Positions 9,586 through 19,015 of a stretch of DNA of 64,000 nt are shown here, piece after piece (position 1 is the stretch's first letter; the number at the start of each line of letters is the position of its first letter). Made by a program: the position numbers and the translations under genes. The notes under the pieces are model-generated. The model was not told the DNA's origin, did no database searches, and saw nothing but the letters and a program-made list of their open reading frames with translations. Source of the stretch: Candidatus Micrarchaeia archaeon (lineage in GTDB: Archaea > Micrarchaeota > Micrarchaeia > Anstonellales > JAHKLY01); NCBI GenBank assembly GCA_041653315.1, contig JBAZFO010000003.1, positions 1,180-65,179 on the forward strand. The letters are read 5' to 3'.

Positions 9586-10245
9586 TTATTGTAAATCTTG
9601 CCCAAAAATGTTTGGTTTTCCCCTTTCTTCTGGTTCTATTACAGTTTCAAATGTTCCTTTATTATATGTCATAATTCTAACTCTATCTGTATATTTATTC
9701 CCATCTATAATTAAAGAGAGATTTATATTTTTTGATGAAAAAAATGAAAGTTTATCTATTGGAATAATTATAATATACTCAAAATAATTATACTTATATT
9801 TATCTCTATACTGAATGGCTTGTTTAATCTTGTTTTTTAATGCAACCATTGTTGCAGTAGTCTGTATCTCCACCCAATAATCCTTATCTTCATCTGTTAT
9901 AAAAAATAAATCTGGTCTTGGACCTTTTGATCTAAGTCTTGGGCGTTTTTCTATAAATAATTTATTTATATTATGTGTTTTATTGAAATATTTAATAAAC
10001 TCATTTTTAATCTCCCAATGTAAAAAATTTGGGATTGGTGTGTCAAAGGCACAAATATAATTCTCTTCTTGTCCTCTTTTTAATCTATTTAAAATATCTT
10101 GAATTTTTAAGATAGTTGTTTCATGTTTTTGATCTTCTCCTTCTACCTCAAAATCAAAGGTTTTCTTAGAATTATTTTTTAATAAATCATTTAACTCCCA
10201 AAGTGAAGTTATTATCTTCTTTATGCTTTCATCAATTTCTTGCAT
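9586..10245 (-). CDS. Hypothetical protein (219 aa) with a possible PD...E nuclease-like motif
   Basis: RPDLFFITDEDKDYWVEIQT segment. No firm domain call. Confidence 0.3.
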   Translation of the reverse strand: MQEIDESIKKIITSLWELNDLLKNNSKKTFDFEVEGEDQKHETTILKIQDILNRLKRGQEENYICAFDTPIPNFLHWEIKNEFIKYFNKTHNINKLFIEKRPRLRSKGPRPDLFFITDEDKDYWVEIQTTATMVALKNKIKQAIQYRDKYKYNYFEYIIIIPIDKLSFFSSKNINLSLIIDGNKYTDRVRIMTYNKGTFETVIEPEERGKPNIFGQDLQ

Positions 10246-10279
10246 TTAATCCCTTTTGATTATATTCAATACTATTATT

Positions 10280-13200
10280 TTAGGCTTCATCTAGCCAGTC
10301 GTCTTCATCGCGCATTAAATTCATACGCGCATTTTGTAATAAAAGCGCTTTTTCAGCGCTTGCTACAATTCTTCTTGTGCGCTCAATTGCATCTGGATTA
10401 ACAGACATTGATGTAAATCCATATTCAACTAAGCGCCTTGCAAAATCTGGATACACAGAAGGCGCTTGACCACATACTGAACATGTAATTCCTTTTTTAT
10501 TACAAGTTTTACCTATATATTTCAAGGATTTTAACACAGCACTGTTTCTTTCATCAAAATCATGCGCTAATTTAGCATTATCTCTGTCAACACCCAAAGT
10601 TAATTGAGTTAAATCATTTGTACCTACAGATACTCCATCTATTCCTACATCTATAAATTCATTTAATAAAATAACATTGGAAGGAACTTCTACCATCATC
10701 CAAAGTTTAAAATCTTTAGTTCTGTACAACCCTACTTCATGAAGTATTGTTTTAACTTGTTTAAGCTCTCCAACTCTCCTTACAAAAGGAATCATTAACC
10801 AAAGATTTTTAAGATTAAATTCATTACGAACTTTTTTTATTGCTTCTAATTCCATTTTGAAAACATTTGGATCTGAAATATATCTTGAAGCTCCTCTAAA
10901 ACCCATCATTGGATTTTCTTCTTCATGCTCATATTTTTCTCCGCCTTTTAATGATTTATATTCATTTGTTTTGAAATCAGTTGCTCTATAAACAACAGGC
11001 CTTGGATAAAAAGCAGAAGCAAATTTTCTTAATTCATTTGATAATTTATTTATAAATTCTTCTTTTCTATTTTCATCAACAAAAACTCTTGGGTGTTCTC
11101 CAATTTCAGCAATAATAAACTCTGCTCTTAATAATCCGATACCATCTACATCCATATCTGCTATTTCTTCAACTCTTGAAGAACTAGCTAAATTAACATA
11201 AATTTTAGTTCCAGTTATAGGAGAATATTTTTCTGTTTGAGAAATTTGTTTAGTTTCTTTATTTTTCATTTTAATTATTCCTTCATATACCACTCCCCTA
11301 ACTGCATCAACAGTTACATTCATCCCAGTAGATAATTTTTTAGTAGCATCGTTAGTACCAACAATACATGGTATGCCTAATTCTCTAGAAACTATGGCCG
11401 CATGTGAAGTTGAACCCCCATAATCAGTTACAATTGCACCTGCTTTTTTCATTGCTGGAACAAAATCTGGAGAAGTCATAGAGGTAACTAAAATTTCGCC
11501 TTTTTGTATTTTATCAATTTCATTTTTTGTAGGGATAATTCTTACTCTGCCAGAAACAACTCCTGGTGATGCACCTAATCCTTTTAATAAAACTTCTCCT
11601 TGTTCTTCATCAGAAGAATAATATGAAGGAGAATCTTCTTCATAAGATAAAGAATATCTTTCATTAATGTCTTTTTTTTCTGCTAATGAATCAAGTAAAT
11701 TATTAACTTCATCTTTTTCTTCTGTATTCTCTTGATCTAAAGTAGTAATAGGTCTAGATTGTACTATATACATTTTTCCATTTTCATAAGCCCATTCTAT
11801 ATCTTGAGGAACACCATAATGTTTTTCTATTTTTCTGCATATTTTTGCGAGTTCTACTATCTTATCATCAGATAATTTTTGTAGATTTTGAGAACTTAAT
11901 GAAATATCAATATGTTCATTTTTACCTTCAGATAAAATCAATTTCCAAGTCTGTGTAGAAATAAATTTATTTATTATTTGTAAATCATCTTTTTTAACTG
12001 AATATCTATCTGGAGTCAACGCACCAGACACTACAACTTCTCCTAATCCATATGCACCTTCAATTTCTATTCTATTTTTATCTTGGGTAATAGGATCAAC
12101 AGTAAAAGCTACACCTGCTGTTTCTGATTGAACCATTTTTTGGACTACAGCTGAAAGTCCGACTTTTAAATGATCAAATCCATTTTCAGTTCTATAAAAA
12201 ATAGCCCTGGATTCAAATAAAGAAGCCCAACATTCTTTAACAGATTGAACTACGTTTTCAGGTCCTTGAATATTAAGAAATGTTGACTGCTGCCCAGCAA
12301 ATGAAAATGTGTTATGGGTAATTATTCCCCCAGTTCCAGCAACAAAATTTTCAATTCCTGGAACAGTAAAATCATAAACCCACCCTTCATAATCTAATGG
12401 CTTTACTTCTTTTATTTTTTCCCAATTCACATCACCATCAAAAATAGATGAAAGATCTTCTGAATTATACTCTTTCATTAATTCTTTGAATCTTTTTTGT
12501 GTATATTCTCCATTTAATACTCCTTTATTCCAAGGAGTTGATTCTCTTTTAAATTTCCCAAATTCATCATAATAAACATATGCTTCTTCCTTTTCTTTAA
12601 TTACATCTTTATCATAAAAAGACTTTTTACAATTTGGACAATAATATCTTGTTTTTGTTTTATATTTGCTTGATTTATTTATTTTTTCTTTACAAATAGG
12701 ACATTTATTTATTTCAATGATGTCTTTTGATAATTTTGCATCTACTTTGTTTTTTATAATATCTGATAATTTTTTTGAAATTTTTATATTCGCTATATAT
12801 CTTGGAGAATTATTTTTTATTTTTATTAATTTATTTAATCTTTCTTGCTTCTTTGGATGTTCAAATCCTATCTCTTTTTTAAATAAATCAACATCTCCCC
12901 CCCAAATACTAAGCACCCTATATTTTTTCTTTTTATTAAAAGTAATACCAAAACCAAAAAGTTCTAATAATTTTGCTAAACCACTTATAAGTAAGTATGA
13001 AGAAGAGGTACAACTTATTGTATCTTTACTTACATATCCATCTCCATCAAAATAACCTTTTAAAAATTCAGATATAAATTGCTTTTCTAAACTAAAAATA
13101 AAATCTGGTATCCGTTTTATTTCACAGGATTTGCCTTTACCTTTCATATCTAAAGGTTTACCAGTTAATTCATGCAATAATTTAACGAGTGTTTTACAAT

Positions 13201-14251
13201 ATATCCTTAACGAATACTTATTTATTTTTTGATTATTATATAAACCAAGCGAATCAACAAATTTTATTACTCTATTCATGATTTCTTTTGTTGATGAAGT
13301 TATGATAACATTATTATCTTCATATGTTGAACCTTCAGCAACATAAACACCTAAAAAATACATAAAATCCTTTGTTAATGGAATTTTTGAAGGTAAAGAA
13401 TTTTGGATATTCCAATTATTAGAATTATTTTTAATCATAAGGTATCCATTTTCTTCAACAACATTTTTTCCTTTTATATAATCTGTTACCTCTAAATATT
13501 CCATTTTTTTATTTACAAATGGAAGTGTACCAACAGTAGGAACCATTTCTCCTCCTTTTAAATTATCAATTGTTTCTGTTTTCCATTCTAAAGTATCTTC
13601 ATCTAAAACTATTAAAGAATGATTTTTAGATACAGTAATCTCTTTTCCTGAAGCAGTTTTTATTTTATATACTCTTTCATTTGCGGGGTGTCTATATATT
13701 GAACTAGCGCTAGTCCATATTAATTTATTGTTTTTCATAGAAGGAACTTCTAAATTCACATTTTGTCCATCCCCAATTAATTTATATAATTCCCCCATTG
13801 TACAAAATTTGGTATTATTATTTATCTTTACTAAAACATGATCTTCTTCTGATATACTTGGCAAATCTTCTGCTGTGGCTGAAGATCTTACTGCAACATA
13901 GGTTTGATCACCATATTTTTGACATAATTTATTATACGCATCCATTATTTCATTTTTTAAATAATCTGGAATTTTACCTGCTAAAATTGCATTTTTAATA
14001 AATAAAGAAGCTTCATTTAAATTTTTAATATTATGAACATCTAAATCACTGGAATATTCTTTTATTAAAGAAGTAATATTATTTAATCTAATAAAATCAT
14101 AATAAGCTCCACTTGAAACACAAAAACCATCTGGAATTGGAAAATCTGAATTAATCATTTCACCTAGATTAGCCCCTTTTCCCCCAACTTCTGCTAAATT
14201 ATTTTTACTCAATTCTTTAAACCAATAGATATTTTTCATTATAAACACCAA
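10280..14251 (-). CDS. ppsA: Phosphoenolpyruvate synthase (PEP/pyruvate-binding, PEP-utilising and PEP-synthase domains), interrupted by an intein
   Basis: N-terminus GGKGANLGEM. Extein junction VAVRSSATAEDLP / TFSFAGQQSTFLN matches the conserved AEDLP..SFAGQQ block. The conserved PEP-utilising domain and C-terminal Cys block are present. Called start is TTG; the in-frame ATG at Met5 is an alternative. Confidence 0.9.
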   Translation of the reverse strand: MVFIMKNIYWFKELSKNNLAEVGGKGANLGEMINSDFPIPDGFCVSSGAYYDFIRLNNITSLIKEYSSDLDVHNIKNLNEASLFIKNAILAGKIPDYLKNEIMDAYNKLCQKYGDQTYVAVRSSATAEDLPSISEEDHVLVKINNNTKFCTMGELYKLIGDGQNVNLEVPSMKNNKLIWTSASSIYRHPANERVYKIKTASGKEITVSKNHSLIVLDEDTLEWKTETIDNLKGGEMVPTVGTLPFVNKKMEYLEVTDYIKGKNVVEENGYLMIKNNSNNWNIQNSLPSKIPLTKDFMYFLGVYVAEGSTYEDNNVIITSSTKEIMNRVIKFVDSLGLYNNQKINKYSLRIYCKTLVKLLHELTGKPLDMKGKGKSCEIKRIPDFIFSLEKQFISEFLKGYFDGDGYVSKDTISCTSSSYLLISGLAKLLELFGFGITFNKKKKYRVLSIWGGDVDLFKKEIGFEHPKKQERLNKLIKIKNNSPRYIANIKISKKLSDIIKNKVDAKLSKDIIEINKCPICKEKINKSSKYKTKTRYYCPNCKKSFYDKDVIKEKEEAYVYYDEFGKFKRESTPWNKGVLNGEYTQKRFKELMKEYNSEDLSSIFDGDVNWEKIKEVKPLDYEGWVYDFTVPGIENFVAGTGGIITHNTFSFAGQQSTFLNIQGPENVVQSVKECWASLFESRAIFYRTENGFDHLKVGLSAVVQKMVQSETAGVAFTVDPITQDKNRIEIEGAYGLGEVVVSGALTPDRYSVKKDDLQIINKFISTQTWKLILSEGKNEHIDISLSSQNLQKLSDDKIVELAKICRKIEKHYGVPQDIEWAYENGKMYIVQSRPITTLDQENTEEKDEVNNLLDSLAEKKDINERYSLSYEEDSPSYYSSDEEQGEVLLKGLGASPGVVSGRVRIIPTKNEIDKIQKGEILVTSMTSPDFVPAMKKAGAIVTDYGGSTSHAAIVSRELGIPCIVGTNDATKKLSTGMNVTVDAVRGVVYEGIIKMKNKETKQISQTEKYSPITGTKIYVNLASSSRVEEIADMDVDGIGLLRAEFIIAEIGEHPRVFVDENRKEEFINKLSNELRKFASAFYPRPVVYRATDFKTNEYKSLKGGEKYEHEEENPMMGFRGASRYISDPNVFKMELEAIKKVRNEFNLKNLWLMIPFVRRVGELKQVKTILHEVGLYRTKDFKLWMMVEVPSNVILLNEFIDVGIDGVSVGTNDLTQLTLGVDRDNAKLAHDFDERNSAVLKSLKYIGKTCNKKGITCSVCGQAPSVYPDFARRLVEYGFTSMSVNPDAIERTRRIVASAEKALLLQNARMNLMRDEDDWLDEA
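12311..13858 (-). mobile_element. Intein (516 aa) with a LAGLIDADG homing-endonuclease domain inside ppsA
   Basis: Begins SISEEDHVLV (Ser1) straight after DLP and ends ...GGIITHN followed by Thr+1. LAGLIDADG blocks LGVYVAEGS and LKGYFDGDGYVS. Removing it restores an 807-aa PpsA. Confidence 0.8.
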
Positions 14252-14364
14252 ACATTATAACAGAGAGTACATTTAAAATATTAATGCTTAATAAATACTT
14301 ATGAAATTGATAGTTAGGATAACCTTTAAATAAGTAATCCTATCTTAATATTTTATAATTTTTA

Positions 14365-14502
14365 GGGCTCGTAACTCAGCTTGGTAGAGTGGCTGGCTTT
14401 TAACCAGTAAGCCAAGGGTTCAATAACCTTTTTCTTTCTTGCAAGAAAGTAAAAGCTTAACCAAAAAGAAAGAAACTGGAAGAATAAATCCCTTCGGGCC
14501 CG
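14365..14502 (+). tRNA. tRNA-Lys (anticodon UUU) with a roughly 61-nt intron inside the T-loop (between TTCAA and AT, position 58/59)
   Basis: Acceptor GGGCTCG/CGGGCCC, D arm ACTC...GAGT, anticodon stem-loop GCTGG CTTTTAA CCAGT. T stem AAGGG...CCCTT is split by an intron that carries the hairpin TTTCTTTCTTGCAAGAAAG. Poly-T follows. Confidence 0.7.
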
Positions 14503-14550
14503 TTTTTTACTTATAGGAATTGTTATAAAACTCTTTGGAGAGACTAATAT

Positions 14551-15150
14551 ATGGAAATAGAATTCAAAAATAAAGAAATACATCTTAAAAGAGATACCTC
14601 CGAATTAGATAAATTTGTATTTGAAACAGTAAAAATAGTAAAAAAACATACAAAATATGTAATAATTAGTGGATATATTGCAATTCTTTTTGGTCGAGCA
14701 AGAGGAACAGAGGATATAGATATGTTTATTGAAAGAATTGATTTCAAAACTTTTGAAAAGATGTTTGATGATTTACTTGAAAATAATATGTGGTGTATAA
14801 ACGGAAGTAATAAAAGAAAAATGTTTGATTTATTAGAAGATAATCTAGCAATAAGATTTGCAAAAAAAGATACAGTTATCCCGAATTTTGAAATAAAATT
14901 TATAAAAGATATATATTCAAAATACTCTTTGGATAATAAAATAAAAGTAATACTTAATAAAGAAGAATTATATACTTCTTTACTAGAAATGCAAATACCT
15001 TATAAATTAAAATTAGGTTCTGAAAAAGATTTAGAAGATGCAACACATTTATATGTTTTATTTGAAAAATATTTAGATATGCAAAAAATGAAGGAAATAG
15101 CAAAAATGCTAAAAGTGGATTTGGGTGTATTAAATGAGAGATTACAATGA
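14551..15150 (+). CDS. Nucleotidyltransferase-fold protein (Pol beta-like minimal NTase, toxin-type)
   Basis: ISGYIAILFGRARGTEDIDMFIE matches the G[SG]-x9-13-[DE]h[DE]h NTase signature. Confidence 0.5.
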   Translation: MEIEFKNKEIHLKRDTSELDKFVFETVKIVKKHTKYVIISGYIAILFGRARGTEDIDMFIERIDFKTFEKMFDDLLENNMWCINGSNKRKMFDLLEDNLAIRFAKKDTVIPNFEIKFIKDIYSKYSLDNKIKVILNKEELYTSLLEMQIPYKLKLGSEKDLEDATHLYVLFEKYLDMQKMKEIAKMLKVDLGVLNERLQ

Positions 15151-15330
15151 AAAAAAACAAAGAATAGAATTTGTCAAAACTTGGGCAGAATATATTAAAA
15201 ACACCCCAAACTCTATTTGGTCAAAACAATATGTGATGTTTATTAATAGCATAATGAAATCTACTCTTCAAGATAAAGAAATTTATTTTAAAACACATAA
15301 AATAAATACTCAAAATTAATTGGTGTAATT

Positions 15331-15996
15331 ATGAATAAAAAAATAATAAAAATATTCCCAGGAGTATTTGAAATTGAAAGAAGAATTGCTACAAAGAATT
15401 TAATTAAAGGTAATCCTGTTTATGGAGAAATTATAAAAAAAATAGATAATGATGAATATAGGTTTTGGGACCCTCATAGAAGTAAATTATGTGCTGCAAT
15501 TAAAAGAGGAATAAAAGATATTTATATTAAAGAAGGAGATAAAGTATTATATTTAGGGGCAGCAACTGGAACAACATCTTCTCATGTTGCAGATATTATA
15601 GGCCCTAAAGGAGTAGCTTACTGTGTTGAATTTGCACCTATTTCATTTAGGAAACTTATTCATGTATGCGAAAATAGAACAAATATGATCCCAATAATGG
15701 GAGATGCAAGGAAACCAGATATGTATACTGAAGTTGGAGAAGTAGATATTGTTTATGAGGATGTAGCACAACCAGATTTAGCAGAAATACTATTAACAAA
15801 TTGCAGATATTTCTTAAAAAAAGGAGGATATGCAATGCTTGCTGTTAAATCACAAAGTATTGATGTTACTAAAGATCCAAAACAAACATATGAAGAAACT
15901 ATAAAAAAATTAGAAAAAGAACTAAAAATTGTTGAAACAATTATCTTAGATCCATATGAAAAAGACCACCTGTTTATTGTAGCTCAAAAAATTTAA
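15331..15996 (+). CDS. flpA: Fibrillarin-like rRNA/tRNA 2'-O-methyltransferase
   Basis: FWDPHRSKLCAAI, AdoMet motif YLGAATGTTSSHVADI; 221 aa. Confidence 0.9.
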   Translation: MNKKIIKIFPGVFEIERRIATKNLIKGNPVYGEIIKKIDNDEYRFWDPHRSKLCAAIKRGIKDIYIKEGDKVLYLGAATGTTSSHVADIIGPKGVAYCVEFAPISFRKLIHVCENRTNMIPIMGDARKPDMYTEVGEVDIVYEDVAQPDLAEILLTNCRYFLKKGGYAMLAVKSQSIDVTKDPKQTYEETIKKLEKELKIVETIILDPYEKDHLFIVAQKI

Positions 15997-16745
15997 TGAC
16001 CAAAATATAATTTTACTGCATACATAAAACCTATTCCTATTAAAAACATTAAAAATACTAATATAGAACGTTTCGTATCTTTTTGTTTATGTAATTCTGG
16101 AATTAAATCTGAAGATGCGATATAAATAAAACCTCCTGCTGCAAATGGAAGTAAAAAGGAAGTAAAATTTGGAATATAAATATAAGTTAAGGCACCGATT
16201 AATGCACCTAACACTGCGGTTAATCCAGAAGCAAAATTAAATAATAATGCTTTTTTCTTTTTCCATCCCCCATATAATAAAATAGCAAAATCTCCTATTT
16301 CTTGAGGTATTTCATGCGCTATAATCGCTATTGTTGTTGTTATACCAAAAGGAACGCTTACAATAAATCCAGCAACTATTATTAAACCATCAATAAAATT
16401 ATGAACTCCGTCTCCTATTAAACTCATATATGTAAATGAATGAACTTCACATTCATGTTCATGACAATGGTGCCAAAATAAAAATTTCTCAATTAAAAAA
16501 AATAATGAAAAACCAATTAATACACAAAAAAATGGATCACAAGAAGATACTTCTAACGCTTCTGGTAATAAATGTAAAAAAGCTCCGCCCATTAAAGCGC
16601 CTGCTGAAAAAGCAACTAATAAAATAAGAATTTTTTTTAATTTATCTTCATTTAAACTTAAAGTAATTACTCCTATAAAAGAAAGTAAACTTACAATAAA
16701 TGCAGCACTTATTGAATATATTAAAACTTCATTCATTTTTATCAC
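15993..16745 (-). CDS. ZIP-family divalent metal transporter (ZupT-like)
   Basis: Multi-TM, HNFIDGLII and HEIPQEIGDFAIL signatures. His-rich loop HHCHEHECEVH. Confidence 0.8.
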   Translation of the reverse strand: MIKMNEVLIYSISAAFIVSLLSFIGVITLSLNEDKLKKILILLVAFSAGALMGGAFLHLLPEALEVSSCDPFFCVLIGFSLFFLIEKFLFWHHCHEHECEVHSFTYMSLIGDGVHNFIDGLIIVAGFIVSVPFGITTTIAIIAHEIPQEIGDFAILLYGGWKKKKALLFNFASGLTAVLGALIGALTYIYIPNFTSFLLPFAAGGFIYIASSDLIPELHKQKDTKRSILVFLMFLIGIGFMYAVKLYFGH

Positions 16746-16974
16746 ATTAAAATTTAATATAAAATTATCTCAGAATAAATTTATAAAACATAGCTTTATA
16801 AACGAAAAACACGTATAATATTATAGGCAATGAAGTCACCGTCCCAGTATGAGATTAACGATGATTACCGGAGTAGCTACTGAGCCCATTATTATATTTT
16901 TTAATATTTTATACTCCATTACTTTTTTTACCAAAGTTATACTTTTATATAACTTTCGTAATATAATATCTTCT

Positions 16975-17619
16975 ATGGAATTACCAATTGAGAAAAAATT
17001 AAAAAAACAAGTACATTTAGAAACTGCTATTTTACAAGATATAATAATGGAAAAACTCGTTTATTCCTTAGACTTAGTTCTTCATGGAGGAACTTCTATA
17101 TGGCGAGTATATAAAGGAAATCGGTTTTCTGAAGATTTAGATTTTTATATGGAAAAATGGGAACCTGATAAAATAAAAGAAACTTTAAAAGAATTAGAAA
17201 TTTTTGAAATGAAACTCAAAAAATTTAAAAAAACAAAAAATACTGTTTTTTCAGTAATTGAAAAAAACAATGTAATTGTAAAAGTAGAAGCTTCTAAAAA
17301 ACACTGGAAATTTAAAGAAATGTTAGGAGAATATGAAAAAACAAATGGAAGTTATCTTCCTATTAGTACATTATCAGCAGAAGATTTATTCAAAGAAAAA
17401 ACAAAAACATATTTAAATAGAAGATTGATAAGAGATATTTATGATATATATTTCTTATTCCATCAGTGCGATTTTAAAAAAATAGAAAAAACAGGTAAAG
17501 AATTTATAAAAAATATCCCTTTCCCAAAAGATGAAGATGTTTTAAAATCATTAATTTTAACAGGAAAAGTTCCAACATTTAATGAAATAAAACTAAAATT
17601 ATTAAATTGGTTTAAATAG
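16975..17619 (+). CDS. AbiEii-type nucleotidyltransferase (DUF1814-like toxin of a type IV TA/Abi module)
   Basis: GGTSIWRVYKGNRFSEDLDFY matches the AbiEii GGTAL...RFSEDIDF signature. The track ORF begins at 16849, but the first 42 codons are hydrophobic low-complexity, so ATG at 16975 (MELPIEKK) is preferred. Confidence 0.6.
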   Translation: MELPIEKKLKKQVHLETAILQDIIMEKLVYSLDLVLHGGTSIWRVYKGNRFSEDLDFYMEKWEPDKIKETLKELEIFEMKLKKFKKTKNTVFSVIEKNNVIVKVEASKKHWKFKEMLGEYEKTNGSYLPISTLSAEDLFKEKTKTYLNRRLIRDIYDIYFLFHQCDFKKIEKTGKEFIKNIPFPKDEDVLKSLILTGKVPTFNEIKLKLLNWFK

Positions 17620-17627
17620 GTGAAATT

Positions 17628-18137
17628 ATGAAATATTCGTTAGAAATATTCAAATCAAAAAAATATCCTGTTTTTACGTTTAAAGATATTAAACAATTAA
17701 AAATACCTAAAAACTATGCAAAACAACTTATGTATAATAAAATAAAAAGAGGAGAAGTAAAAAGAATTAAAAAAGGGTATTATACTTTTCACGAAGATCC
17801 AATGATTGTAGTATTTGCATATGAACCAGCATATCTAGGATTAGAATCAGCATTAAGTATACATAAGGTTTGGGATCAAAAAACTGTTCCTGTGATTATA
17901 ACACAAAAAAACGTTAGACAGGGAATAAGAAAATTTAATAATACAAATTATGTTGTTAAAAGAATAGCACCCTCTTTATTTACAGATTACACAACCATTA
18001 ATTATTATGGGTTTTGGCTTCCTGTTTCAACTTTAGAAAAAACTTATGAAGATATCAAATATTTTAATGAAAAAATAGATCCAAAAACTATGAGGAAATT
18101 AAAAAAACTAATTAAAAAAAATAAACTTAAAAAATAA
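17628..18137 (+). CDS. AbiEi-like putative antitoxin/transcriptional regulator (wHTH N-terminus)
   Basis: N-terminal YPVFTFKDIKQL...KRGEVKRIKKGYYTF resembles the AbiEi N-terminal domain. Start is 9 nt after the AbiEii stop. Confidence 0.4.
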   Translation: MKYSLEIFKSKKYPVFTFKDIKQLKIPKNYAKQLMYNKIKRGEVKRIKKGYYTFHEDPMIVVFAYEPAYLGLESALSIHKVWDQKTVPVIITQKNVRQGIRKFNNTNYVVKRIAPSLFTDYTTINYYGFWLPVSTLEKTYEDIKYFNEKIDPKTMRKLKKLIKKNKLKK

Positions 18138-18149
18138 GAAAAAAGAAGT

Positions 18150-18686
18150 TCAATCTTGTTGTTTCTTAATACCATCTAACAACGCAACCAACTGGTTCTT
18201 TATTACCAAATCTAATAATTCTCTTTGACTTGCATGTGCCACCACCATAACATGTTCATCAGATCCCGGCATTGGATATAACGAAATTAAAAATTCTAAC
18301 ACTTCTTTTTTATTTCTAGAACTTAGTTTTTTGACTAAATATTTTAATAAATTATTTACATTAATATCTTTTTTTTCAATATATGTTGAGTTTAAATCAC
18401 TTATTTCATTTAAATCTATATGTATATCAAATGGGCGACCTTTGATTTTAATAACAAAATCTGGTGAGTTGTTTTCTAAAAATTTTGAAATTATAAATTC
18501 CACTGCTTTTTTTCTTTTATTATAATCCATGTCTTGAATTGAATCTAGAAATGTACCTAACAACGTTATTTTTGGAGTTTTTTCAGATAAACCTGAAATT
18601 GGAAAGTTTCTTCCTATGCTGTCGCTTCCTCCTTTAGCTTCTGTATTAGAATCTCCTTTAATTATATGTTCTTTAAATTTTAACAT
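18150..18686 (-). CDS. Hypothetical protein (178 aa)
   Basis: ORF only. Confidence 0.3.
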   Translation of the reverse strand: MLKFKEHIIKGDSNTEAKGGSDSIGRNFPISGLSEKTPKITLLGTFLDSIQDMDYNKRKKAVEFIISKFLENNSPDFVIKIKGRPFDIHIDLNEISDLNSTYIEKKDINVNNLLKYLVKKLSSRNKKEVLEFLISLYPMPGSDEHVMVVAHASQRELLDLVIKNQLVALLDGIKKQQD

Positions 18687-18797
18687 TATACCTCTCCTCC
18701 CCTTTATTTTATATATTATTTTATGTGTTTTTTCTTTATAAATGTTTCTATTAATGTATGACTATGTTAATACTACTATATTATTTTAACTGCCTTT

Positions 18798-18884
18798 TTA
18801 AATCTTTAACTGTTTTAGCGCTATTTATTATATCCTTATCCTGCGCCCAGCCTTTTCGCGCTGTTCCTATTCCTAATTCAATAT
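18798..18884. repeat. About 85-bp direct repeat, copy 1 (intergenic, upstream of gdhA). It is a displaced copy of the polX 3' end
   Basis: Identical to 20250..20335. Its reverse complement encodes IELGIGTARKGWAQDKDIINSAKTVKDL, the PolX C-terminus. Confidence 0.85.
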
Positions 18885-19015
18885 AACTACTAAACTTACA
18901 AATAATACATACATTGCTTCTAAAAACATAGGTGTATAAATCTTTTGTGTGTAATAATATCCTTCTTTATTAATTATCCCCTAAAAAATTCTATTAAAAT
19001 CTGAAAGGTGATTAA

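Noticed and set aside
14362-14747. ORFs 14362..14583(-) and 14544..14747(-) overlapping tRNA-Lys and the start of the NTase gene
   Set aside because: Antisense to a well-formed tRNA and a supported CDS. Hydrophobic low-complexity translations
16849-16974. N-terminal 42 codons of ORF 16849..17619
   Set aside because: Hydrophobic low-complexity. AbiEii homology begins at the internal Met (16975)
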